From Caulobacteraceae bacterium UBA3198 (GTDB lineage: Bacteria > Pseudomonadota > Alphaproteobacteria > Caulobacterales > Caulobacteraceae), in assembly GCA_002363865.1 (NCBI GenBank), contig DEWY01000015.1:156225-220224 (forward strand): a stretch of DNA of 64,000 bases, written 5' to 3'. The notes under the pieces were generated by a model, which saw only the letters and a list, made by a program, of their open reading frames with translations, ran no database searches and was not told where the DNA came from. A program made the position numbers and the translations under genes. Within the stretch, counting starts at the first letter, position 1, and every line of letters begins with the position of its first letter. Below are positions 1 to 8,612 of the stretch, in pieces.

Positions 1-452
1 ACTATGACCGCTACGAGGCGCTGCCCGACTGGGCCAGGGCGACCTTGGACGCCCACGCCGACGACCCTCGCCCCCACATCTATACCCGCGAGCAGTTCGA
101 ACAGGCATGTACCCATGACCGCTACTGGAATGCGGCCATGACCGAGATGAAGTCCACGGGATACATGCACAATCGCCTGCGCATGTATTGGGGCAAGAAA
201 ATCCTCCAGTGGTCTGAAACTCCACAACAAGCCTTCGCGACCGTGCTGGAGTTGAACAACCGCTATCTGCTGGATGGGCGCGACGCCAATTCCTACACCA
301 ATGTGGGTTGGATCTTTGGCCTCCACGACCGACCCTGGCCGACCCAGCCGGTCTTTGGAACGGTGCGCTCCATGGGGCCGAACACCTTCAAGAGCTTCGA
401 CGCCGACGCCTATGTGGCGCAGGTCGATCGGCTCCGCGCCGCAGAGGCGTGA
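1..452 (+). CDS. phrB: Class II CPD photolyase, C-terminal part (5' end outside window)
   Basis: Motifs WNAAM..EM..TGYMHNRLRMYWGKKIL, LNNRYLLDGRDANSY..VGW.FGLHDRPW and FGTVRSM match the class II photolyase FAD-binding domain; frame is open to the window edge. Confidence 0.9.
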   Translation, partial: YDRYEALPDWARATLDAHADDPRPHIYTREQFEQACTHDRYWNAAMTEMKSTGYMHNRLRMYWGKKILQWSETPQQAFATVLELNNRYLLDGRDANSYTNVGWIFGLHDRPWPTQPVFGTVRSMGPNTFKSFDADAYVAQVDRLRAAEA

Positions 453-458
453 GCCGAT

Positions 459-1502
459 TCAGGCTGTCTGCCGGACAGCAGAGGCCGGGACCGGGTCAGG
501 ACGGGCGCTGAGCTGCAGGGAGGCGAGGTTCGCCGCGCGGATTTCGGCCCCGGCCTCGTCGTAGAAGAAGGGCAGGAAGCAGTATCTTCGGCCGGCCGTG
601 ACCGGCGTGGCCTCATGCAACAGCGAGCACGAGAAGATCACCGCCCCGCCGGTGGGCGGACGATAAGTCTTGGACCCGAACTCCGGGAAGCGCAGCTCCC
701 CGCCCTCATGGGCCTCGGCGTTGAGGTTGATCGAGCAGGCGAAGCGCCGATGCGCCGTGCCCTTGGTGGTGTTGTCGCGATGAGGCTTGAAGTAGCCCCC
801 GCCATCGGACTCGTAGCAGGCGACGATGTATCGCTCGATCCGACTGACCTGAAACTGGAACGCCTTGCGGATTTCTGGCAGCAGCCGCGTCTCCAGCCGC
901 TTTCGAATCAAACCCAACAGGGCCTCGTCTTTGATCAGGGCGTCGCGTCGCCGTTTCATACCGTCCATGACAGGAACGGTCTTGCCACCGATCTCTCGCA
1001 TCACTCCGGAGGGCGCGCCTCCGTGGCGATCATAGTGGGCGATCAGTTGCCGGCACAGGTCAGGCTCGAACACCCGTGGGACGATCAGGACTGGGGCATG
1101 CAATGGCACGCCGGCGTGATCGTCTGGCGCCGGCAGGCGCGCGACGACCCGCAGCACATCGTCTGAGTGCTCCAGGCTCGCCACGGCGAAAATCCGCATG
1201 GACGGATCGATCACCGCCCAGTGGGGATTGTCGACGCCCTCGGCGCTGAGGGCGTGGTAAAGCCGGCTCACCGCGCCGCTGGAGTCGAGAAACCAGTAGA
1301 GCCCTGGCTCGTTGCGCGCCATCGCGATCGTCTCTGCGTCCCTGGCGACGGCAAAGACCGGTATGTTCTGCCGAGCGCGGTCAGCCGCGCTGTCGCGAAC
1401 CTTCGCCATCACCGCGGATCGAAGCTCACGATCCTCAGGCAGGAACAGCAGCAATACGAAGTGGCCGCCAAGACTGCTGAACGCGAACTCCGGATTGGTC
1501 GG
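459..1502 (-). CDS. 2OG-Fe(II) oxygenase with N-terminal thioredoxin-like domain; apparently 5'-truncated
   Basis: HxD (FKPHRDNTT), distal His (LLHEATPV) and RYC present. Family-like sequence (PTNPEFAFSSLGGHFVLLLF) continues upstream of the TTG at 1454 to ~1502, with no in-frame ATG/GTG before the upstream stop. Confidence 0.8.
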   Translation of the reverse strand, partial: PTNPEFAFSSLGGHFVLLLFLPEDRELRSAVMAKVRDSAADRARQNIPVFAVARDAETIAMARNEPGLYWFLDSSGAVSRLYHALSAEGVDNPHWAVIDPSMRIFAVASLEHSDDVLRVVARLPAPDDHAGVPLHAPVLIVPRVFEPDLCRQLIAHYDRHGGAPSGVMREIGGKTVPVMDGMKRRRDALIKDEALLGLIRKRLETRLLPEIRKAFQFQVSRIERYIVACYESDGGGYFKPHRDNTTKGTAHRRFACSINLNAEAHEGGELRFPEFGSKTYRPPTGGAVIFSCSLLHEATPVTAGRRYCFLPFFYDEAGAEIRAANLASLQLSARPDPVPASAVRQTA

Positions 1503-1601
1503 CAGTTGCGCCAGAAGCTTGAGGAAAACCCCTCCGCGCCTCGGGTCGTGCTCACAGAACCCGGGGTCGGCTACCGCCTAGCGACGGACGAGGACGTTTA
1601 G
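1503..1601 (+). pseudogene. C-terminal remnant of an OmpR/PhoB-family response regulator (KdpE-like winged-helix end)
   Basis: Translates QLRQKLEENPSAPRVVLTEPGVGYRLATDEDV*, the typical KdpE terminus; the rest of the gene is absent and upstream DNA is the antisense strand of the oxygenase. Confidence 0.75.
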
Positions 1602-1631
1602 CGCCGTCTCGCGCCGGCCATGGCGGCGGTT

Positions 1632-1841
1632 TTAACGAGACTTTCTAGACCGCTCCACCACGGGACGATGCCCCTCGGCGTCCAGGGCGCCCGACGGGGC
1701 GATCGTGTTGTTGGGGACGGGCGTCATGCCCTCGTCGGCGGTCTGTCCCGCAGGCGGGTGGCCGGGGCCGTCTGCGTCGCGTTTCATCTTCAGGGCCCGT
1801 TGGGCGGCATCCGATTGGACGGAGGTCTTGTCTTCAGGCAT
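1632..1841 (-). CDS. Small hydrophilic hypothetical protein (69 aa)
   Basis: ATG at 1841 preceded by GAGGG; MPEDKTSVQ...GALDAEGHRPVVERSRKSR; fills the gap downstream of ArsR. Confidence 0.55.
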   Translation of the reverse strand: MPEDKTSVQSDAAQRALKMKRDADGPGHPPAGQTADEGMTPVPNNTIAPSGALDAEGHRPVVERSRKSR

Positions 1842-1938
1842 CGCACTGTTCCCTCTGTGGCTTCCATAGGAAGGCCTGAGGGGGCGCCTTAGTTTCACGA
1901 GTTATCGCTGGTATCCCGGGTTTGGCCCGACGTTCCCT

Positions 1939-2286
1939 TCAGGTTTTCGGGCCGAGGGCGGCCTGATCCCAGGCGGCGCCGACTGGACCGCAATCAGCCC
2001 CTTGCCCCCCGCAGCAGTCGGTCATGAGAAAGACCGCCAGATCCTGAACCCGGCCCAGTTCGGCGCGATATATGATCGAGCGGCTGCGTCGCTCCGAATT
2101 GACCAGACCCGCTCGGCTGAGGACGGCCAGGTGGGCCGACATGGTGTTGGCCGGCGCCCCCATGGCCTGGGCGATTTCCCCGGCGGGGAGGCCGAGAGGC
2201 TCGTGGCGCACCAGGAGGCGGAAGGTCTCCAGCCGCGTGGGCTGGGCAAGGGCGGCGAAAGCCGAGATCGCGACGGCAGGTTCCAT
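1939..2286 (-). CDS. arsR: ArsR/SmtB family transcriptional repressor with C-terminal Cys-Cys...Cys site
   Basis: ALAQPTRLETFRLLV, GLPAGEIA, NTMSAHLAVLSRAGLV, R.SRSIIYRA and DCCGG...C. Confidence 0.85.
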   Translation of the reverse strand: MEPAVAISAFAALAQPTRLETFRLLVRHEPLGLPAGEIAQAMGAPANTMSAHLAVLSRAGLVNSERRSRSIIYRAELGRVQDLAVFLMTDCCGGQGADCGPVGAAWDQAALGPKT

Positions 2287-2350
2287 GTTTCCACTATCGT
2301 TGCATCCCGGGGGCTAGCAAGAGGCTCGGGCGCGGCGACTGCGCCATCGA

Positions 2351-2385
2351 TTGCATTTTGGAACGGCCGGTCCATAATGGCCAAA
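2351..2385 (+). promoter_or_regulatory. Sigma70-type promoter of tetR with a palindromic operator between -35 and -10
   Basis: TTGCAT (2351-2356), 16 nt spacer, CATAAT (2373-2378); near-palindrome TGGAACGGCCGGTCCA (2359-2374); ATG at 2385 is 7 nt after the -10. Confidence 0.55.
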
Positions 2386-2960
2386 TGGCCCGCCCCCTTG
2401 AGTTTGATCGCACAACCGCCACCCAGAGCGCTCTGCTTCTGTTCTGGAGCAAGGGCTATCAGGCGACCTCGTTGGCCGACCTGGTGGCGGCCATGGGTAT
2501 CAGCCGTTCAAGCCTGTATGCGGCCTATGGCGACAAGCGTGGGGTGTTCCTCGAGTGCCTTGATCTGTTCGCTGCCCGAAGCATCGCGATTCTGACCGAG
2601 GCGCGAACCCGGCAGCCGCCGCTGACGGCCCTGAGATCCTTCTTCCTCCAGCCGATTTCTGAGGAGGCGGGGGAGCGTTGGGCGTGGGGCTGCATGCTCG
2701 TGAACACCGTGCTGGAACTGGCCGGCGTCGATGACGCCCTCTGCGCCCACGCCCGGCGGCGACTTGCCGAGGTTGAGGCGGCGTTCGAGGCCTGCCTGTC
2801 CGATACGGGATGCGGCGCGGCGAAGGCTGCTGAACTCTCGGCCTTCCTCATGGTCGTCAACGAAGGACTGCGGGTCTCCAGTCGGCGGGCGCTGCCGCAG
2901 CCCGTCCACCGCGCCCAGATCGAGACCACCTTTCGTCTGCTTGAGTCCACCATCGCCTGA
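2385..2960 (+). CDS. TetR/AcrR family transcriptional regulator
   Basis: MARPLEFD, FWSKGYQATSLADLVAAMGISRSSLYAAYGDKRGVF HTH; C-terminal GCMLVNT. Confidence 0.9.
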   Translation: MARPLEFDRTTATQSALLLFWSKGYQATSLADLVAAMGISRSSLYAAYGDKRGVFLECLDLFAARSIAILTEARTRQPPLTALRSFFLQPISEEAGERWAWGCMLVNTVLELAGVDDALCAHARRRLAEVEAAFEACLSDTGCGAAKAAELSAFLMVVNEGLRVSSRRALPQPVHRAQIETTFRLLESTIA

Positions 2961-2989
2961 AGCCCACCCCTCAAACCGGTGACACCGCC

Positions 2990-4153
2990 ATGAAGACTGC
3001 TGTTCAGATTGAAGTGCTTCGTGAACTCCTTCAGCAGCTGGACGACGGCGTGAACGCCGACGCGGGCGGCATCCGGGCCTTTCCGGCCGAAGCCTACACC
3101 TCGCCAGAAATCGCGCGCCGGGAGTGGGAGGTGATGTTCAAGGCCAGACCCCAGCTGGTCGGCATGACCTCTGACCTGCCGTCCCCCGGCAGCTTCCTAA
3201 CCACTGAGGATTTCAGCTTCCCCGTCCTGGTGACTCGCGACGACCAAGGTGTGGTGCGGGCTTTCCTCAACGCCTGTCGTCACCGCGGTTCGATGGTCGA
3301 GACCGCGCCAAAGGGACAGAAGTCACGCTTTTCCTGTCCGTTCCATGCCTGGACCTACGACGCCAAGGGCGCTCTGATCGGCGTGCCTATGGAGCAGCAG
3401 TTCGGCGCCATCGATCGCAGCTGTCTTGGCCTCATCGAGCTGCCGGCCCTGGAACGCTACGGATTCCTCGTGGTCCACCCCGACCCTCAAGGCGTGATTG
3501 ATCCAGCCGAGCTGTTCGAGGGCGTCAGCGAGGACCTGGAGAGCTGGGACTGGGGCCGTTATCAGCTCGCCTATGAGCAGACCCTGGACATGAAGATGAA
3601 CTGGAAGCTCGCCACAGACACCTTCGGCGAGACCTATCACTTCAAGCGCCTGCACCGGGACACCCTGGCCAACAACTTCCACGGCGATGTGCTGTCCTAC
3701 CGCAGCTATGCGCGGAACCACCGCATGGTCCTGTGTCTGCGGGGCATCGATGACCTGAGAGGCCGGCCTGAGGCGGACTGGCGGATCGAGGACGGGGGCT
3801 TTCCCGTCTATTTTCTGTTCCCCAATGTGGTGGTCAATGTGGGCAACAAGCGGATCGCCGTGGTGCGGGTCTATCCCGATCCCAATGATCCGGGCCGATC
3901 GATCTCGAAGATCAGCTACTACTTCGACCGCGAAGTGTTGGCCGAGAACCCCGGTTTCGCCCAGCTGTTCTCCGAGGGCTTCACCCGGGTCGTGGCCGAC
4001 GAGGACTACGCCACCGCCGAGACCACTCAGCGGGCGCTGTCCTCAGGTCTGATGTCGGAGGTGATCTTCGGGCGAAACGAGCCACCCCTGCATCATTACC
4101 ACAACACCTTTCGCGCCGCGCTTGGCGAGGCGCCGCTGCCGTTCGTGGGGTGA
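2990..4153 (+). CDS. Rieske non-heme iron oxygenase, alpha subunit
   Basis: Rieske ligands CRHRG...CPFHAW; mononuclear Fe site NWKL...ETYH..LH and EDY; HYH near C-terminus. Confidence 0.9.
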   Translation: MKTAVQIEVLRELLQQLDDGVNADAGGIRAFPAEAYTSPEIARREWEVMFKARPQLVGMTSDLPSPGSFLTTEDFSFPVLVTRDDQGVVRAFLNACRHRGSMVETAPKGQKSRFSCPFHAWTYDAKGALIGVPMEQQFGAIDRSCLGLIELPALERYGFLVVHPDPQGVIDPAELFEGVSEDLESWDWGRYQLAYEQTLDMKMNWKLATDTFGETYHFKRLHRDTLANNFHGDVLSYRSYARNHRMVLCLRGIDDLRGRPEADWRIEDGGFPVYFLFPNVVVNVGNKRIAVVRVYPDPNDPGRSISKISYYFDREVLAENPGFAQLFSEGFTRVVADEDYATAETTQRALSSGLMSEVIFGRNEPPLHHYHNTFRAALGEAPLPFVG

Positions 4154-4184
4154 GTGCGCCCCTCGGCGGCTGGCCGAGCCGTGG

Positions 4185-4274
4185 TGGCGGACGGGGTGGG
4201 ATTCGAACCCACGGTGGGCTCTCACCCACGGCGGTTTTCAAGACCGCTGCCTTAAACCACTCGGCCACCCGTCC
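4185..4274 (-). tRNA. tRNA-Ser(TGA)
   Basis: Minus strand GGACGGGTGGCCGAGTGGTTTAAGGCAGCGGTCTTGAAAACCGCC-long variable arm-GTGGGTTCGAATCCCACCCCGTCCGCCA; anticodon TGA, encoded CCA, 90 nt. Confidence 0.97.
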
Positions 4275-4330
4275 GGAGGGGCGGGCTATAGCAGGGCCAG
4301 GCCCGGTGATCCAAGGCTTCTGACGTCAGC

Positions 4331-4345
4331 TTAACCTCGCCTCAA
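4331..4345 (+). promoter_or_regulatory. Possible CtrA box upstream of rlpA
   Basis: TTAA-CCTCGCC-TCAA, one mismatch to TTAA-N7-TTAA, 46 nt upstream of a cell-division-related gene. Confidence 0.35.
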
Positions 4346-4390
4346 GCCTCCCTGTTCACACTCCGGTAAGCACGGGCAGAGGAGGCCGAC

Positions 4391-5308
4391 ATGCAAGGCG
4401 AACCGCGGAGCCGGATGACCATCGTCCGCACCCTCGTGGGGGTGAGCCTCGGCGCGCTGGTGATCACCGCCTGCGCCGCGCCCAAGCCCAAGCTCGCCAG
4501 TCGGTTGCCTCAGGCCCAGTCCTCCGGCGCCAAGGCGCCCAGCGGAGCCGGCGGCACCTACAAGGTGGGCAAGCCCTATCAGGTGGCTGGCGTCTGGTAC
4601 GTGCCCAAGGAAGACCCGAGCTACAACCGGGTGGGCACCGCCTCCTGGTATGGCGCTCAGTTCCACGCCAAGGCGACGGCCAATGGCGAGACCTTTGACA
4701 TGGACGCGCTCACCGCGGCCCATACGACCCTGCCCCTGCCAAGCCTGGTGGAGGTCACGAACCTGGAGAACGGTCGCAAGGTGATCGTGCGGGTCAACGA
4801 CCGCGGGCCCTTTGTGGGGGACCGGATCATCGACATGTCCCGCGCAGCGGCCCGTGAACTGGGTTTTGAGTCCAAGGGACTGGCCAAGGTGCGGGTGCGC
4901 TATGTCGGACGCGCGCCCCTTGGCGGCGGGGGCGATTCCGGCGTGCGTCGCGCCCAGGCGCCGGCGCCCCCGGCAAGCCTGCCGCCGGCGCCCATCCCCT
5001 ACAGGCAGCTTGCGCGCACTGCGCCGCCGCCGCCCGTCGTGACGCCGCCACCGCCAGCTGCGGCGACGCCGGTTCCCGCGCCAGAGGCCACCTACCGGGT
5101 CCAGGCCGGCGCGTTTGGAGATCGGATAAATGCCGAGCGCGCAGTCAATCAGCTGGCGCATGCGGGACAGGCGGTGATCGAGTCCACCCAGGGCGGGCTC
5201 TATCGCGTGGTGCTGGAGGCCGGCGCAGACGAGGGCCGGGCCTGGGCGGTGCGTGATCAGGTGGCGAGCGCCGGATTCGCCGACGCCCGCGTCATCCACC
5301 CCTATTGA
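4391..5308 (+). CDS. rlpA: RlpA family septal lytic transglycosylase lipoprotein with SPOR domain
   Basis: Lipobox LVITAC; YKVGKPYQV.G.WY.P, GTASWYG..FH...TANGETFDM..LTAAH.TLPLPS, VNDRGPF; Pro-rich linker; C-terminal YRVQAGAF SPOR; SD GAGGAGG. Confidence 0.92.
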   Translation: MQGEPRSRMTIVRTLVGVSLGALVITACAAPKPKLASRLPQAQSSGAKAPSGAGGTYKVGKPYQVAGVWYVPKEDPSYNRVGTASWYGAQFHAKATANGETFDMDALTAAHTTLPLPSLVEVTNLENGRKVIVRVNDRGPFVGDRIIDMSRAAARELGFESKGLAKVRVRYVGRAPLGGGGDSGVRRAQAPAPPASLPPAPIPYRQLARTAPPPPVVTPPPPAAATPVPAPEATYRVQAGAFGDRINAERAVNQLAHAGQAVIESTQGGLYRVVLEAGADEGRAWAVRDQVASAGFADARVIHPY

Positions 5309-5354
5309 GCCCCGGCGCCCTGGACTTACGGCGCGAAACGGCCAATTTGGGCGC

Positions 5355-5993
5355 GTGAGCACGGGCCGTTTCATCACATTCGAAGGCGGGGAGGGGGGCG
5401 GCAAGTCCACCCAGCTACGCCTGCTGGCGCAGCGCCTTGGTGACCTTGGCGGCGAGGTGGTGGCCACCCGCGAACCTGGCGGTTCGCCGGGCGCCGAGGC
5501 GATCCGGGATCTGCTGGTGCGCGGCGCCGCCGACCGATGGTCGGCGATGACCGAGACCCTCCTGATGTACGCCGCCCGGCGTGATCATCTGGAGCGGGTG
5601 ATCAAACCCGCACTCGACCGGGGCGCCTGGGTGTTGTGCGACCGGTTCGCCGATTCTACCCGGGCCTATCAGGGCGCGGCGGGCGGGACCGATCCGGCCT
5701 TTATCGCCGAGTTGGAGGCCCACGTCCTGGGGGACATCCGCCCGGATCTGACCCTCATTCTTGACCTGCCGCCAGAGGCGGGGCTGGCGCGGGCGGCCAG
5801 TCGCGCCGGGGCCGAAACCCGCTTTGAGTCCAAAGGCGCGGCTTTTCACGGTCGTCTGCGGCAGGCGTTTCTCGATATCGCCCGGGCCGAGCCGGACCGG
5901 TGCCGTGTGATTGACGCCACCCAGCCCCTGGAGGCCGTCAGCGCCGACATCTGGTCGGCCATCGGCTCTGTGGGAGCCCGGGGCGATGGCTGA
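5355..5993 (+). CDS. tmk: Thymidylate kinase
   Basis: FITFEGGEGGGKSTQ P-loop, TREPGG, CDRFADST.AYQG; GTG start at 5355. Confidence 0.95.
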   Translation: MSTGRFITFEGGEGGGKSTQLRLLAQRLGDLGGEVVATREPGGSPGAEAIRDLLVRGAADRWSAMTETLLMYAARRDHLERVIKPALDRGAWVLCDRFADSTRAYQGAAGGTDPAFIAELEAHVLGDIRPDLTLILDLPPEAGLARAASRAGAETRFESKGAAFHGRLRQAFLDIARAEPDRCRVIDATQPLEAVSADIWSAIGSVGARGDG

Positions 5994-6990
5994 GGCTGGC
6001 CAGCCGCCCCACCCAAGAGATGTCTACGATCTCACCGGTCACGAGGGGCCAGAGGCCGCCTTTGAGGACGCCCGGTCCCGGGGACGCCTGCACCATGCGT
6101 GGCTGCTGACGGGGCCAGAGGGGGTCGGCAAGGCGACCTTCGCCTACCGGGCCGCCCGGCGCCTGCTGGGGGCGCCGCCTGCTGGCGGGCATGGGGTGCT
6201 GGGGGTTGACCCTGACCATCCGGTGAGCCGTCAGGTCGCCGCACGGTCCCACCCCGATCTGCTGGTCATCGAGCGGATGGGCGAGGACGGAAAGCTCCGC
6301 AAGTCGATCCCGGTCGATGAGGCGCGCAAGCTCGCCGACTTCTTTTCCAAATCCCCGGCCGCCGCGCCACACCGGGTGGCGATCATCGATCCGGCTGACG
6401 ATCTGAACGTCAACGCCGCCAATGCAGTCCTGAAGACCCTGGAGGAGCCCCCGCCGCGCGGGGTCATTTTCCTGGTGTCTCATTCGCCAGGTCGGCTCCT
6501 GCCCACCATTCGGTCGCGCTGTCGACGGCTGCTGTTCCGTCCGCTCGGCCTTGAGGCCACCGCCGCCTTCGTCCGCCACCACGTCAGCGTCAATCCCGAG
6601 GAAGCCCTGCGCCTGGCCCGGATGTCGGGCGAGGCGCCTGGCCGGGCGCTGACCATGGCCGCGGGCGCAGCCCTCGCTCTGGACGACGCTGCCCGCGATA
6701 TCCTCGCCCGCCTTCCTGATCAGGACGAAGCCGCGGCCCTGGCTCTGGCCGACCGGTTCCGGGGCGGGGAGGGGAGCGCGAATTTCGCCCTCTTCATGGA
6801 GCGTCTGGGTGAGCGGGTGCACAACCTGGCCCGAGAGCGCGCCGCGGCCCGTGTGGGCGGTCTTGATCCCTGGGCCCAGGCATGGGAGAGGCTCAGCGCC
6901 CTGCCGCGCGAGGTCGAGGGTTTGAATCTTGACCGCGCCGACGCCCTCTTCACGGCGCTTCGCGAGCTGCGGATCGCCGCTCGCGCCTGA
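5986..6990 (+). CDS. holB: DNA polymerase III subunit delta'
   Basis: HHAWLLTGPEGVGKAT, HPDL, AANAVLKTLEEPP, LLPTIRSRC. Confidence 0.93.
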   Translation: MAEAGQPPHPRDVYDLTGHEGPEAAFEDARSRGRLHHAWLLTGPEGVGKATFAYRAARRLLGAPPAGGHGVLGVDPDHPVSRQVAARSHPDLLVIERMGEDGKLRKSIPVDEARKLADFFSKSPAAAPHRVAIIDPADDLNVNAANAVLKTLEEPPPRGVIFLVSHSPGRLLPTIRSRCRRLLFRPLGLEATAAFVRHHVSVNPEEALRLARMSGEAPGRALTMAAGAALALDDAARDILARLPDQDEAAALALADRFRGGEGSANFALFMERLGERVHNLARERAAARVGGLDPWAQAWERLSALPREVEGLNLDRADALFTALRELRIAARA

Positions 6991-7008
6991 ACGATCGTTC
7001 CCTGATCC

Positions 7009-7785
7009 ATGCTCATCGACAGCCACGTTAATCTGCACGCCCCCCAGTTCGACGAGGACCGGGCCGAGGTGATCGCCCGCGCCCGGGCGGCCGGCATCGC
7101 GCTGATGGTCAATATCAGCGACAAGGTCTCCGGCTTCGACGCGGTCCGCGCGGTGGCCGAGGCGCCCGACATCTGGTGCACGGTCGGCACCCACCCGCAC
7201 GAGGCCAAGGAAAATCCGGATCTATCGGCCCAGACCCTGGTCGAGCTGGCCACCGACCCCAAGGTGGTCGGCATCGGCGAGACTGGTCTCGACTTCCACT
7301 ATGATCTCAGCCCCCGGGACATCCAGGCTCGGGTGTTCCGCGCACATGTGGCGGCGGCCCGCGAAACGGGCCTGCCCCTGGTGGTCCACACCCGCGAGGC
7401 CGACGAGGTCATGGCGGAGATCCTGGAAGAGGAATACGCCGCAGGTCCCTTCCGCATGCTCATGCACTGCTACACCAGCGGCGCGGACCTCGCCCGGCGG
7501 GCCGCAGCACTGGGCGCGTGGTTTTCAGTCTCCGGCATCGCCACCTTCAAGGCCGCTCAGGACGTCCGTGACGTGATCGCTCAGATGCCGGCCGAGCGGA
7601 TCATCGTCGAGACCGACTGCCCCTATCTCGCGCCGGTTCCCCAGCGGGGGCGGCGCAATGAACCAGCCTATCTGCCTCACGTCCTGGCCAAGCTGGCCGA
7701 GATACGAGGCTGGACGCTGGCCCAGGCCGAGGCCAACACCGAGGACGCCTTCTTCGCCCTCTTCGACAAGATTCCGCGTCCATGA
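7009..7785 (+). CDS. tatD: TatD family hydrolase
   Basis: IDSHVNL, GTHPH, GETGLD, VHTREA, HCY, ETDCPYLAP.P.RGRRNEP. Confidence 0.93.
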   Translation: MLIDSHVNLHAPQFDEDRAEVIARARAAGIALMVNISDKVSGFDAVRAVAEAPDIWCTVGTHPHEAKENPDLSAQTLVELATDPKVVGIGETGLDFHYDLSPRDIQARVFRAHVAAARETGLPLVVHTREADEVMAEILEEEYAAGPFRMLMHCYTSGADLARRAAALGAWFSVSGIATFKAAQDVRDVIAQMPAERIIVETDCPYLAPVPQRGRRNEPAYLPHVLAKLAEIRGWTLAQAEANTEDAFFALFDKIPRP

Positions 7786-8612
7786 GCGGCGCCCTCGAGA
7801 TCACCATCCTCGGGAGCGGGTCATCGGGGGGAGTCCCCCGGGCCGACGGTGACTGGGGCGCATGCGATCCCACCGATCCCCGGAACCGGCGATCACGCTG
7901 CTCCCTGCTGGTGCGACGGATCGACGCCGGCGCCGACGGGGCTGACCTCACAACGGTGCTGGTGGACACCTCGCCTGATCTGCGTCTGCAGACCGCTGCA
8001 GCCGGGGTTCGCCGACTGGACGCCGTGCTGCTGACCCACGATCATGCCGATCAGGTCCATGGCATCGACGACGTACGGGCCTTCTTCATTCGCCAGCGCG
8101 CGAAGATTCCCTGCCACATGGACACCGCCACCTGGACCACGATGCAACGGCGGTTCGGCTATATATTCGAGGCTGAGGGCGGTTACCCCGCGATCTGCGA
8201 CCCGGTGATGCTGCCGCCGCTGGGGGAGGAATTCTCGATCGACGGGCCGTCGGGCGTCATACCCGTCACCACCTTTGACCAGGACCATGGCGGGGTTCGG
8301 TCGGTAGGCTACCGGTTTGGCGATGTGGCCTATTCCAGTGATCTGGTGGATCTGCCCGAGGCGTCCTTCGAGGCGCTGCGCGGCCTGGACGTCTGGATCG
8401 TGGACGCGCTTCGCTGGCGGCCACATCCGACCCATGCTCATGTGGATCTGGCCTTGTCCTGGATTGAACGGCTGGCGCCGCGTCGGGCCATCCTCACCAA
8501 TATGCACATCGACCTCGACTTCGCTGACCTGGCCGCGCGTCTGCCCAAGGGGATCGAGCCGGCTTTTGACGGCCTTCGATTCACGCATGAGCTCAGAGCT
8601 GAAATCTCCTGA
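7782..8612 (+). CDS. MBL-fold metallo-hydrolase (PhnP-like)
   Basis: LGSGSSGGVP, RSRCS, DTSPDLR.Q, THDHADQVHGIDD, HPTH; conserved position after tatD. Confidence 0.9.
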   Translation: MSGALEITILGSGSSGGVPRADGDWGACDPTDPRNRRSRCSLLVRRIDAGADGADLTTVLVDTSPDLRLQTAAAGVRRLDAVLLTHDHADQVHGIDDVRAFFIRQRAKIPCHMDTATWTTMQRRFGYIFEAEGGYPAICDPVMLPPLGEEFSIDGPSGVIPVTTFDQDHGGVRSVGYRFGDVAYSSDLVDLPEASFEALRGLDVWIVDALRWRPHPTHAHVDLALSWIERLAPRRAILTNMHIDLDFADLAARLPKGIEPAFDGLRFTHELRAEIS

